Counted from the first letter of the stretch, positions 48,663 to 58,557 are shown. The stretch is 64,000 nt of DNA from Verrucomicrobiota bacterium (GCA_045046875.1 JASFYY010000093.1:1-64000), one strand, 5' to 3'. A program made the numbers and translations. Notes: a model not told the origin generated them from the letters alone.

Positions 48663-49490
48663 TCACACCTCCGCTTCAGCCAGACGTGCCTTGGCCTCCG
48701 CAATCTCCAACTCCTGACGCTGCCTACCCTCAAAAGAACTGATCACATCATAACCCGCGATTTCCAACATCTGTAAAGCCGGTTCAAAAGACTCCGCCAC
48801 CCGCTCCGGTTGATGCGAATCGGATCCCAATACCACAGGGATTTCACGCTCTTTCATCATCGCCAGGATTTCCGGTCCGGGATTCATTTCGGGAAAAATC
48901 TTGTGATATCCCGACGTGTTCAACTCCATCGCCACTCCGGTAGCTGCTATCCTGTCCAAGGTTTTCTCCAACACTGGTCTCAAACGATCCAGCTGCCAAT
49001 CCTCCACCGAAGCATTTTTGATCAAATCCGGGTGTGCCAGGCAATCGAACAAACCACACTCCGCCGACTCCGCCAGATGCTCAAAATACTGACACTGGAA
49101 CTGCCAGATATCACCATTATAAAAGGCCGCATTATACTCCGCAATATGCCAGTGCACCGAACCCAGGATGTAATGAAAATCCGCCGTGCCATGCAACTGC
49201 TCCAGCCACGATTCCATACCGGGAAAATAGTCACTCTCCAAACCCAGTCTCACTTCAAAGCCCTCAGGAGCCGAATCCTGGGCTTCGCCCACCAAGGCAA
49301 TGTAATCCCAAATTTCATCCGGCTCCATCCTCACCTGATGCGAAAACCGGTTCGGCATCGGACTGTGACAGGTAAATATCACCCCATCCAGCCCCGCTTT
49401 CCACCCCCTGTCCACGTATTCCCAAAGATAACCCGTCGCATGTTTGCACAAGCTCGTGTGCATATGTGAGTCAAATAACATACCTCGCAT
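48663..49490 (-). CDS. PHP-family histidinol-phosphatase (HisJ/HisK-like)
   Basis: DSHMHTSLCKHA, GLESDY, LGSVH, AHPDL, ELNTSG, GSDSH. Confidence 0.88.
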   Translation of the reverse strand: MRGMLFDSHMHTSLCKHATGYLWEYVDRGWKAGLDGVIFTCHSPMPNRFSHQVRMEPDEIWDYIALVGEAQDSAPEGFEVRLGLESDYFPGMESWLEQLHGTADFHYILGSVHWHIAEYNAAFYNGDIWQFQCQYFEHLAESAECGLFDCLAHPDLIKNASVEDWQLDRLRPVLEKTLDRIAATGVAMELNTSGYHKIFPEMNPGPEILAMMKEREIPVVLGSDSHQPERVAESFEPALQMLEIAGYDVISSFEGRQRQELEIAEAKARLAEAEV

Positions 49491-49596
49491 TATCAACACT
49501 CTCTTAGTCTAACCAAGCATTTTTTTATAAAATATCGAAGATCACAATAACTTCCCCTGTCCACGTCCGCTCAATCCGTCCTAATTCCATTCTATT

Positions 49597-49627
49597 ATTC
49601 GTGCCTCTTTAGTGTCCATTGGTGGTT
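49597..49627. repeat. Family A repeat
   Basis: attcgtgcctc tttagtgtcc attggtggtt, just past the pnp terminator. Confidence 0.7.
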
Positions 49628-49640
49628 CTTTATTCAACAC

Positions 49641-49680
49641 AAAAAAGCCTTTCCCGCCATACGGCAGGAAAGGCTTTTTG
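49641..49680 (-). terminator. Intrinsic terminator of rpsO-pnp
   Basis: aaaaaagcctttcccgcc-atac-ggcaggaaaggcttttt. Confidence 0.9.
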
Positions 49681-49734
49681 AATCATTCAACACAAACTCC
49701 CCGAACAAGTTCGGGGATCATGCGTCTCGATCAC

Positions 49735-51882
49735 TTAGTCCTGACTTTCTCCGGACAGTTCTTTGTCGGCTTCTTCACCGCGTTCAGCCATAGCTGCCCG
49801 ACGGCTCATTTTTACCCGACCGCGATCGTCAACGCCGATGCATTTGGCCCAGACCATATCACCGACTTTTACCACGTCTTCGACTTTATCCACGCGGAAG
49901 TCAGCCAATTCGGAAATGTGAATCATTCCGTCCTTGCCTGGCAATACTTCAACAAAAGCACCAAAGTTAGTCGTTGAGACAACCTTGCCGTGATAAGTCT
50001 CACCCACTTCAACTTCAGCGAGCAAACGTTTCACCAACTCAACTGCGCGATCCAAACCTTCTTTTTTGGCTGCGTAGATATGAACGGTGCCATCATCTTC
50101 GATGTTAAGATCCGCACCGGTTTCGGCTTGGATACCTTTGATCACTTTACCACCAGGCCCGATCAACTCACCGATACGATTCGGATCGATCTTAAGGGAC
50201 TCGATGCGCGGAGCGTGTTCGCTCAGAGCTTCTGGTTTGGCGATGAAGCCTTCCATCGCATCCAGCACCGTGCTGCGTCCGACTTTAGCTTTGTCGATTG
50301 CTTCGAAAAGCAATGCCAGCGGAATGCTGCGCAATTTGAGATCCAACTGGAAACCCGTTACCCCTTCGCTTGATCCACAGAGTTTGAAGTCCATGTCACC
50401 GAAGAAATCCTCGGATCCGATGATGTCGAGCAAGGTGTGGTATTCACCCATCTCATCCGAATTGTTGTCCTCGGAAACCAATCCAACCGAGATACCGGCT
50501 ACCGGACGGATCAAAGGAACACCGGCATCGTAAAGAGCCATGCTGCCACTACAAACCGATGCCATCGAAGTCGAGCCATTGGACTCCATCACTTCACTGG
50601 TCACACGAACCGCGTAAGGAAAAACTTCCACACTGGGGATCACTGCTTTGAGTGAACGCTCAGCCAAATCACCGTGACCAATCTCACGACGGTTGATGCC
50701 GCCCATGCGTCCGGTTTCGCCGACGCTGAATGGAGGGAAGTGATAATGCAGGATGAAACGCTTGCTGTCTTCTCCGCCAGTGTATCCGTCGAGGAACTGA
50801 GCTTCGTCCGCCGGAGCGAGCGTTGCCAGTGCCAAAGCCTGGGTTTCACCACGAGCAAACAGAGCCGAACCGTGAGCACGAGGCATCAGGTCGGTTTCAC
50901 CGCTGAGCTCACGAATCTCGTCAACCCCACGACCATCCGCACGTTTCTGCGTGTTCATGATACCGATACGGAAAGCCTTCTTCTGAAGGTAATCAAAAGC
51001 ACGCTCGACGTCGAACGGAGTCGCATCAGGATACTTTTCTTTGATTTTTTCTTCCACTTCCTTCTGCAAAATGCCGACCGCTTTTCCGCGTTCGAGTTTG
51101 CTTGGTTTGTAGATGGCATCTGCGATGCGCTCTCCAGCCACTTCGAAAGCGATGTCCAACAGTTCTTGAGGAACCACGTTCAATTCAACTTCACGTTTGG
51201 TTTTGCCGGCTTTAGCCATCAGCTCTTCCTGTGCAGTCAAAAGAGGCTCGATAGCCACTTGAGCAAATTCCAGAGCTTTTTTGAAGTCTTCTTCATTCAC
51301 TTCCAAAGCACCACCCTCAATCATGTTCACCCCTTCGCGGCGGCCAGCATAGATCAAGTCGAGATCACTCTCAAGACGTTGGCTGTGAGTCGGGTTAGCG
51401 ATCAGCTCACCGTTCACACGTCCCACACGCACAGCAGCGATAGGTCCGGCAAAAGGAATATCTGACACACAAAGTGCTGCCGAAGCTCCGTTCATGGTGA
51501 GAATGTCGGGATCGTTTTCCCCATCCGCACTCAATACCAATGACACCACTTGGGTATCGTAATAATAACCTTTAGGGAAAAGCGGACGCAAAGGACGATC
51601 CGTCATCCGGCAAGTCAAAATTTCTTTCTCGGTCGGGCGACCTTCACGTTTGAAATAACCACCGGGGATACGTCCCACAGCTGCGGCTTTTTCTTTGTAT
51701 TCCACTGACAGTGGAAACCAGCTCTGGCCGTCTCTCACTTTAGTCTGTGATACGGCCGTCACCAAAATAATGGTTTCTCCGTAGCTCACAGTTACGGCTC
51801 CATCGGCAAGTTTGCCCATTTTACCGGTTTCGATCTTGATTTCTTGTGCGCCAACCTGGCACGTTACTGATTCTATACTCAT
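49735..51882 (-). CDS. pnp: Polyribonucleotide nucleotidyltransferase
   Basis: IPGGYFKREGRP, DRPLRPLFP, RREIGHG, ESNGSTSMASVC, GDMDFK, KH and S1 domains. Confidence 0.98.
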   Translation of the reverse strand: MSIESVTCQVGAQEIKIETGKMGKLADGAVTVSYGETIILVTAVSQTKVRDGQSWFPLSVEYKEKAAAVGRIPGGYFKREGRPTEKEILTCRMTDRPLRPLFPKGYYYDTQVVSLVLSADGENDPDILTMNGASAALCVSDIPFAGPIAAVRVGRVNGELIANPTHSQRLESDLDLIYAGRREGVNMIEGGALEVNEEDFKKALEFAQVAIEPLLTAQEELMAKAGKTKREVELNVVPQELLDIAFEVAGERIADAIYKPSKLERGKAVGILQKEVEEKIKEKYPDATPFDVERAFDYLQKKAFRIGIMNTQKRADGRGVDEIRELSGETDLMPRAHGSALFARGETQALALATLAPADEAQFLDGYTGGEDSKRFILHYHFPPFSVGETGRMGGINRREIGHGDLAERSLKAVIPSVEVFPYAVRVTSEVMESNGSTSMASVCSGSMALYDAGVPLIRPVAGISVGLVSEDNNSDEMGEYHTLLDIIGSEDFFGDMDFKLCGSSEGVTGFQLDLKLRSIPLALLFEAIDKAKVGRSTVLDAMEGFIAKPEALSEHAPRIESLKIDPNRIGELIGPGGKVIKGIQAETGADLNIEDDGTVHIYAAKKEGLDRAVELVKRLLAEVEVGETYHGKVVSTTNFGAFVEVLPGKDGMIHISELADFRVDKVEDVVKVGDMVWAKCIGVDDRGRVKMSRRAAMAERGEEADKELSGESQD

Positions 51883-52141
51883 TGTTTCTTCTTTCTTGTT
51901 TACTTAAAATTGACGTTTTTTTGATCCGAATAGTGGACTCGTTAGGCGGTCATGCCCGATAGGGTATCAAATGAATGTTTTTCAATTGATCTTAGCAAGA
52001 TTTTGCCAAGGCTCGCCCGGTTTATCAGGCGTGATTCCTCCCCTTGCAATTCTATCCGCCCCGAGGCTTGATAGAATCAGCCCGCAATCAAACGATCTAC
52101 AGGCAAAAGGCACTGCGCTTAAAACGCAAAAAGCGTCGGGG

Positions 52142-52399
52142 TTACCGACGCAATCCAAGGCCTTTCAGCAAATTCTGATACCGCTCATTGTCGGTTCTGG
52201 CAAGATAATCCAGAAGTTTACGCCGACGCGCTACCAACATCAGCAAGCCTCGACGTGAAGACACGTCTTTTTTATGCTCGCCGAGATGCCCCGTGAGATG
52301 ATTGATTCTCTCAGTAAGGCGTGCCACTTGAACATCGGCACTTCCTGTGTCGGTATCATGCAGTTTAAATTCTTTTTTTTCTGTCGCTACTTCGCTCAT
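52142..52399 (-). CDS. rpsO: 30S ribosomal protein S15
   Basis: [35 protein letters not shown]. Confidence 0.98.
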   Translation of the reverse strand: MSEVATEKKEFKLHDTDTGSADVQVARLTERINHLTGHLGEHKKDVSSRRGLLMLVARRRKLLDYLARTDNERYQNLLKGLGLRR

Positions 52400-52531
52400 T
52401 ACTTTTTTATTTTTGGCATCACCCTGATACCATCAATGGTTTTTAATTCGGTTTGTTCGCCGCCACTCAATCATAAAAACCTGACTTTGCAATCAAAACC
52501 TCACCTAAAACCATAAAAAAATTACACTTAT

Positions 52532-53671
52532 CTAAAGCTTTTCCGCTTCGATGAATAGAAAGCGATCCGTCATGCCTGAAATGTAATCACAAACACTGCG
52601 CTGCAAGCCCTCGCTTTCAATTCTCGCCACACTGGTTCCTCCCATTTTATCTGGGTTTTCCATCAAATAATGGAAAACTTTTTCAATCATCTCCCCGCCT
52701 TGACTATTAGGGCCAGCCACAATCGGGTGATAATACAGATTTTGGTATAAATGTTTACGCAACTGGGCATTTGCCACCCGGAACTCGTCGCTGTATCCCG
52801 CCAAAGTCTGCTCGCAAGCCCGAACACCGTCCGCCGATTGTACTCCGGCTGCCTCAATCCGCTTGAGCGTCGCCTCCACCACGTTCTCCACCTCCAAATC
52901 GATCAAATTACGAATCACCTGGCGGCGGAAGCTCGTGCCTTTGAATCCCGGATGATCACGCCGCACTCGTTGGGCGCAACGGCTCCACAAATCGATATTC
53001 TCCAAATCCGTCTCGACCAACAAACCGTGATCCAATCCATCATCCAAATCGTGACTGTAATAAGCAACTTCATCCGCCACATTGGCAATTTGCGCTTCCA
53101 GGCTTGGTGAAAAATACGAAACCTCACACCCGCTTTTTTTGTCAAACCTGACAAAACTTTGCTGATGTTTGCACAAACCCTCCCGCACCTCTTTGGTCAA
53201 ATTCAAGCCTGGCAAGCCCGGATATTTTGATTCCAAAAATTCCACCACCCGCAGACTTTGTTTGTTGTGCTCAAATCCCCCCGCCCCCTTCATCAATTCA
53301 TTTAGCCGCTTCTCCCCGGTATGCCCAAAAGGCGAATGCCCCAGATCGTGAGCCAAAGCGATGGTCTCGGCCAAATCCTCATTCAACCCTAAAGCGCGCG
53401 CCATCACCCGACTGATCGACGCCACCTCCATCGTATGGGTCAGACGAGTGCGCAAGTGATCCCCGGTGCCATTCAAAAACACCTGCGTTTTATATTCCAA
53501 ACGCCGAAAAGCCGTCGAGTGAATCACCCTCGCCCGATCCCGCTGATACGCCGTGCGCAAACGATGCTCCGGCTCAGCCACCGCACGCCCCAAACTGTCC
53601 ACCACCCGCTGCGCATAAGGCGCCAGCCCCGCATTCTCCATCTCCTCCAAATCTGTCCGCGTCCTCAGCAT
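52532..53671 (-). CDS. dgt: dGTP triphosphohydrolase-like HD protein
   Basis: YQRDRARVIHSTAFRRLEYKTQVF, RTRLTHT, AHDLGH.PFGH, ADEVAY..HDLDDG, DYISGMTD. Confidence 0.92.
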   Translation of the reverse strand: MLRTRTDLEEMENAGLAPYAQRVVDSLGRAVAEPEHRLRTAYQRDRARVIHSTAFRRLEYKTQVFLNGTGDHLRTRLTHTMEVASISRVMARALGLNEDLAETIALAHDLGHSPFGHTGEKRLNELMKGAGGFEHNKQSLRVVEFLESKYPGLPGLNLTKEVREGLCKHQQSFVRFDKKSGCEVSYFSPSLEAQIANVADEVAYYSHDLDDGLDHGLLVETDLENIDLWSRCAQRVRRDHPGFKGTSFRRQVIRNLIDLEVENVVEATLKRIEAAGVQSADGVRACEQTLAGYSDEFRVANAQLRKHLYQNLYYHPIVAGPNSQGGEMIEKVFHYLMENPDKMGGTSVARIESEGLQRSVCDYISGMTDRFLFIEAEKL

Positions 53672-53683
53672 CCTCTCTTCGTC

Positions 53684-53712
53684 CCTACAGCCTACAGTCT
53701 AAACACCCACAG
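53684..53712. repeat. Degenerate heptamer array (CCTACAG-type) between obgE and dgt
   Basis: cctacag cctacag tctaaaca cccacag. Confidence 0.65.
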
Positions 53713-53722
53713 CCACCCCCCC

Positions 53723-54841
53723 CTACTCCGGCCGGTGACCGATCAACTGCTGCAGCCGTTTTTTCAAATCCTCCAAGCCGGTCTCTTCGCCGCCAGAAAT
53801 CGGGATCACCTCAATCTTAGGAAACCTTTGCTGCAACGCTTCCAGATTCGCCTGACTCTCAGGCAAATCCATTTTGTTAGCAATGATGATCCAAGGCTGT
53901 GCCGCCAAGTCTTCATTATAGAGTTTGATCTCTTTGCGCAACATCTGGATATCGGTGATCGGATGACGATCGTCCCCGTCCGTACCAGCCATATCCGCGA
54001 CAAACAGCAATAAGCGACAACGCATGATATGGCGCAAAAACTCATGCCCCAAACCGACATTTTTATGCGCTCCTTCGATCAATCCAGGAATGTCGGCAAT
54101 CGTTGCGCGACTGAAACCTTTGAAATCGACCACTCCGACCATCGGCTTCAGCGTCGTAAAGGGATACGCCGCTACCTTCGGGGTGGCCGCGGACAAAGCA
54201 CACAACAAGGTCGACTTGCCCGCATTGGGGAAACCGACCAATCCCGCATCAGCGATCTTTCTCAGCTCCAGATAAAAAACCGCCTCCTCACCAATGCCGC
54301 CAGGTATTGTTTCCGTAGGAGCCTGATTGGTCGCCGATTTGAAATTCACATTACCCTTGCCTGCCTCCCCGCCTTTGCATAAAACGAACTTCTGCCCGAT
54401 CTCAGTCAGGTCCACTAAAGGCTCAGCCGCCAAAGCTTCTTCCTCATCCATCGGTTCAAAACCCGACGACATCTTCACCTTGCTCTCATCCGGCCCCTCA
54501 CCGCCCCAGTCCGGCGCTTCGATTGGCACGATTTTCGTTGGACGACTACCGGCATATACCAGAGTTCCTTGAGGAATTTTCATCACCAGGCTTTTACCCG
54601 ATTTACCGGTTTTGCGATTACTAGAACCATTCTTACCATGCTCAGCCTTGTGATGGGACTGGAAAAAAAAGGTCTTCAAATTATCGGTGTGCAGATCAAC
54701 TTCAAAAACAACATCCCCCCCCTTGCCGCCATCACCACCATCAGGACCTCCCTTGGCGTCAGTTTTTGTGCGCCGAAAGCTGGCACTGCCATTACCGCCG
54801 TTACCCGCCTTGGTTTGAATTTTAATATGATCTACGAACAT
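53723..54841 (-). CDS. obgE: GTPase Obg/CgtA
   Basis: GGPDGGDGGKGG, LVGFPNAGKST, YPFTT, DIPGLIEGA, NKMD. Confidence 0.97.
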   Translation of the reverse strand: MFVDHIKIQTKAGNGGNGSASFRRTKTDAKGGPDGGDGGKGGDVVFEVDLHTDNLKTFFFQSHHKAEHGKNGSSNRKTGKSGKSLVMKIPQGTLVYAGSRPTKIVPIEAPDWGGEGPDESKVKMSSGFEPMDEEEALAAEPLVDLTEIGQKFVLCKGGEAGKGNVNFKSATNQAPTETIPGGIGEEAVFYLELRKIADAGLVGFPNAGKSTLLCALSAATPKVAAYPFTTLKPMVGVVDFKGFSRATIADIPGLIEGAHKNVGLGHEFLRHIMRCRLLLFVADMAGTDGDDRHPITDIQMLRKEIKLYNEDLAAQPWIIIANKMDLPESQANLEALQQRFPKIEVIPISGGEETGLEDLKKRLQQLIGHRPE

Positions 54842-54850
54842 GGTTTTATA

Positions 54851-54878
54851 ATTTCAAATTTAAGATTTAAGATTTGAG
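54851..54878. repeat. Heptamer array
   Basis: atttcaa atttaag atttaag atttgag. Confidence 0.75.
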
Positions 54879-54913
54879 GTTTTGAAAAACATTCATCATC
54901 CCAAGCTCTATTG

Positions 54914-56119
54914 TCACTCCGCGCACACCTCTTGGTAAAGTTCGAGCGTTTGCTCTGCGATGGCAGCCCAGCTAAAATTTTCGATCACTCGTTCACGGCC
55001 CGCTTGGCCCATCCTTTTACAGCGCTCAGGATCGTCCATCAATCCGTTGATCGCCTCGGCCAGGTCCTGGGCAAAAGCCTCGGGATGAGTCGCCTCGAAA
55101 GGGCTCTCACTTTGCTGCTGCAATTCCACAAAACAACCCGTTTCCCCTTCCACCACCACTTCTTTCATGCCACCGACCTTGGAGGCCACCACGGGTATTT
55201 CACACGCCATCGCCTCCAAATTAATGATGCCAAAAGGTTCGTAAATCGACGGACAACAAAACACGCTTGCATGAGAATACAACGCGATCTTAGTCGTCGT
55301 ATCCACCATTTCCTCAATCCATACAATATGCGAATTCGCCGAACGAGCCGCATCCACCGCCGCCACCATTTCCGCCTTGATCGCTTCCGTGTCCGGCGCT
55401 CCGGCACACAGCACCACCTGGGTTTCTGGATTCAAATGCTGAATCGCATTCACCAAGTGCACAATGCCTTTCTGCCGCGTGATGCGCCCCACAAACAAAA
55501 CATAAGGACGATCAGGATCCACCCCATGGGCACGTAATTTTTCCGGCGCCACGCTAGGTTTGTATTCATCGGGATCGATGCCGTTATAGATCACCGGCAC
55601 CTTCTCCTCCGGCACATCAAAGAGCCTGAGAATATCCAGCTTGGTTTCCGCTGAAACCGCGATCACCCTATCCGCCATTTCAATCGCCGTTTTTTCCAGC
55701 CAAACGGTGAAATCATAACCACCCTGCAACTGCTCCCGTTTCCATGGACGCAATGGCTCAAGGGAATGAACCGTCAATACCAACGGCACGCCATACGCCT
55801 GCTTGGCCAAAATCCCAGCAAAGTGGGTGTACCAAGTATGCACATGCACCACATCGACATCCATCGCCCGGGTATTGAACTCCAAAGACCGCTGCAGTGC
55901 CCCGAACACCGAATGCAAATGCTCCGGTGCGTTATACCCCGAGCGATCCCATCCTGCTCCACGCACCACCGGATTGCCGCCCTCCTCCAATTGCTCGCCA
56001 AAACAACGCACCTCCACCTCACAAAGCTTGGCCAGCTCACGTGCCAAATATTGCACGTGGATGCCTGCCCCGCCGTATATATTCGGCGGGTATTCATTGC
56101 TCATTAATAAAGTTTTCAT
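54914..56119 (-). CDS. glgA: GT4 glycosyltransferase, Corynebacterium-type GlgA/GlgM family
   Basis: EYPPNIYGGAGIHV, HTWY, HSLEPLRPWKREQL.GGY, VGRITRQKG, CAGAPDT, YEPFGIINLEAMAC. Confidence 0.9.
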   Translation of the reverse strand: MKTLLMSNEYPPNIYGGAGIHVQYLARELAKLCEVEVRCFGEQLEEGGNPVVRGAGWDRSGYNAPEHLHSVFGALQRSLEFNTRAMDVDVVHVHTWYTHFAGILAKQAYGVPLVLTVHSLEPLRPWKREQLQGGYDFTVWLEKTAIEMADRVIAVSAETKLDILRLFDVPEEKVPVIYNGIDPDEYKPSVAPEKLRAHGVDPDRPYVLFVGRITRQKGIVHLVNAIQHLNPETQVVLCAGAPDTEAIKAEMVAAVDAARSANSHIVWIEEMVDTTTKIALYSHASVFCCPSIYEPFGIINLEAMACEIPVVASKVGGMKEVVVEGETGCFVELQQQSESPFEATHPEAFAQDLAEAINGLMDDPERCKRMGQAGRERVIENFSWAAIAEQTLELYQEVCAE

Positions 56120-56137
56120 ATCAGGATTGGTGAAGGA

Positions 56138-56172
56138 TTCAGAAGGCAGGGATCAGGATTCGGAAGTCAGAA
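56138..56172. repeat. Heptamer array, five degenerate units
   Basis: ttcagaa ggcaggg atcagga ttcggaa gtcagaa. Confidence 0.65.
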
Positions 56173-56182
56173 TCCCCCTCCT

Positions 56183-56680
56183 CTAGACCAGCGTCTTAGG
56201 GCCGAAAAACTCCAGCAATTCGCCATCCCCTACACCCGCAGCGCCCCAGGTGTCGCTCTTTAAGCTCAAACGCACCACCCCGCAAGTAGGCATATGATCA
56301 ATCCGCATGCCGGGAATCAAACTGTTCGCCAGATCCTCGAAACCCGGATTGTGACCCACCAAACAGGCGGTGTCCACATCTTCATCGATATTCTGAACCA
56401 CATCCATCAAAGCACCCAGCCCCGCCGCATAGATGGCTGACTCCTGAATCAATTCCTCACGCGGGTATCTCAATTCATCCGCGATCAATTCCGCCGTGGT
56501 CCAGGCCCGGACAGCCAGACTGACGATCATCACGTCGGGTTTCACTCCCCGTTCATGCAATGCCTTGCCGATGGTCACCGCATCCTTCAGTCCACGTTTG
56601 TTCAACGTTCTTTCGCGATCACCGATGCCCGGTTCATCCCAGCTCGATTTCGCGTGACGTATTAAAATCAATTTTTTCAT
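56183..56680 (-). CDS. SixA-like histidine phosphatase family protein
   Basis: LIRHAKSSW, D.ERTL..RG, VGHNPG, MPT. Confidence 0.9.
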   Translation of the reverse strand: MKKLILIRHAKSSWDEPGIGDRERTLNKRGLKDAVTIGKALHERGVKPDVMIVSLAVRAWTTAELIADELRYPREELIQESAIYAAGLGALMDVVQNIDEDVDTACLVGHNPGFEDLANSLIPGMRIDHMPTCGVVRLSLKSDTWGAAGVGDGELLEFFGPKTLV

Positions 56681-56746
56681 TGTCTGCTGCTACGCTTGCC
56701 CAAACCCTGTCATTCCGCAATATCACAATTCTAAAATCGTAATAAA

Positions 56747-57655
56747 TTACCGCGCATTTCCTATCACTCTTTCATATAGGCGAATCAAAGCACTATGATC
56801 CAATCCCCCATCCCCTTGATCCACCATATCCTCCCAGTTTTCAAGATTCCTTCTGAGCATTTGAAAATCCAAACCACTCTGCTCCATCAAATCCCTGCCC
56901 TCACGCACATCTTTCAACTGACACTCTGCCCGCCCGCCCGGCTCAAAATCCCCCTTCACCATTCGTTCCCCGTGCTCAGTCAAAATCCGGCTGTCGGCAA
57001 AACCTCCCATCAAAGCCTCTCTCACCAATCCCGGATCCACCCCGTTCGCCCGCGCAATCGTCAAAGCCTGCGCCACCGCATCAATGGTTTGAGCCACGAT
57101 CATTTGATTCGCCATCTTGGTGACTTGCCCAGCCCCCGATGCGCCCATGTGAGTGATCCTTTTCCCCATCACTTGAAACACCGGCAAAGCTCGCTCAAAA
57201 TCCTCCTGGCTTCCACCCGCCATGATCGACAGACTCGCCGCCCGGGCTCCGCCCTGGCCACCTGATACCGGCGCATCCACCAACGAAGCGCCCCGCTCCC
57301 GCAAAGCCGCGTCAAAACAACGTGTCGCTTTCACCGCCGTCGTGCCCATATCCAGTACCAAAGCTCCTGCGGCAACTTTCTCCAACAAACCACCTGCCCC
57401 CTCCATGACAGCCTCAACCGATGCAGTCTGGGTCAAACACATCACGATAAAACCCGCAGCGATTTTTTCCGCTACCTCTGCCGGACTGCCTGCAGCGATC
57501 ATCGCTCCGGATTCGGTCAATTCGTCCACCACCGCACGGCTGCGGTTATGAATCACCAGATTAGCCCCCGCATCGCTTAAATGCTCCGCCATAGCCCGCC
57601 CCATCAGACCAAGACCAATAAATCCAATATCCACTCCCGATAATTTTCCGCTCAT
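56747..57655 (-). CDS. beta-Hydroxyacid dehydrogenase (3-hydroxyisobutyrate/tartronate-semialdehyde reductase family)
   Basis: GFIGLGLMG, DAPVSGG, GAGQVTKMANQ, GGFADSRIL. Confidence 0.9.
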   Translation of the reverse strand: MSGKLSGVDIGFIGLGLMGRAMAEHLSDAGANLVIHNRSRAVVDELTESGAMIAAGSPAEVAEKIAAGFIVMCLTQTASVEAVMEGAGGLLEKVAAGALVLDMGTTAVKATRCFDAALRERGASLVDAPVSGGQGGARAASLSIMAGGSQEDFERALPVFQVMGKRITHMGASGAGQVTKMANQMIVAQTIDAVAQALTIARANGVDPGLVREALMGGFADSRILTEHGERMVKGDFEPGGRAECQLKDVREGRDLMEQSGLDFQMLRRNLENWEDMVDQGDGGLDHSALIRLYERVIGNAR

Positions 57656-58557
57656 TGAGAAATCCGCTTTACTGGTTCCACCACCGTACTGCCGAACCAG
57701 CCCAGTTTTTGATGCAAAACATCATAAAAAGAAGCATCCGGCAGCGCCAATAAAGGCAAATTGAAATCCGCTCGTTCAATCATCACGTCGGCCGCCGTAT
57801 TCAACTCCGCCACCGTGCGCCCGTCGATCGATAATAACAAAGGATCACGCGGTTCGGGCATCAACAACTCGATCACACTGGAATCGCTCATCACAATAGC
57901 CCGGTTAGCCAGCGCATGGGGACAAATAGGAGTCATCGAAAACACCCTGGCCGCCGGATCAATGATCGGCCCACCAGCAGACAAGGAATAAGCTGTAGAA
58001 CCTGTAGGAGTAGCGATGATCACACCATCCCCCGAATAGTGATTCACAAAACGGCCGTCCACCCGCGCTTCGATCTGAATAGTGCGTGAACTCGCCGCGC
58101 GACTGATGGTGACCTCGTTCAACCCATAATAACTGCCGCCTTCAATCGTGCCATTTTTTTCATGGATCAGCAAAGAAGCTCTCACAATCGCCCGTTGACT
58201 CGTTTCATACGCATTTTGCGCTATAGCATCGACCAGGCGTTGATACTCATCCCCGGTCGCACAACTCAAAAAACCCAAGGTTCCAATGTTGATACCCGCC
58301 AAGGGTTTGACCCGCTCTTTCAACTGTCCCAACACCCACAGCAAAGATCCATCCCCCCCCAATACCACCAGGATATCCGAAACCTCGCTCAAAGCCTGCA
58401 AAGCGAGTCCCCCCGGGGCATCGATCAACTTCGCAGAAACCTCATCGAGATGCGTATCGATATCGTGCAAAGCAAACGCTTTCACCAATTTTCGTAACAA
58501 GTCAGCCGCACCATCTTTGTGCGGGTTAGCGATTAATCCGATTCGTGTTTCAGCCAT
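57652..58557 (-). CDS. nadK: NAD(+) kinase
   Basis: GGDGSLL, GINIGTLGFL, LNE, TPTGSTAYSLSAGGP, PICPH. Confidence 0.95.
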   Translation of the reverse strand: MAETRIGLIANPHKDGAADLLRKLVKAFALHDIDTHLDEVSAKLIDAPGGLALQALSEVSDILVVLGGDGSLLWVLGQLKERVKPLAGINIGTLGFLSCATGDEYQRLVDAIAQNAYETSQRAIVRASLLIHEKNGTIEGGSYYGLNEVTISRAASSRTIQIEARVDGRFVNHYSGDGVIIATPTGSTAYSLSAGGPIIDPAARVFSMTPICPHALANRAIVMSDSSVIELLMPEPRDPLLLSIDGRTVAELNTAADVMIERADFNLPLLALPDASFYDVLHQKLGWFGSTVVEPVKRISQ

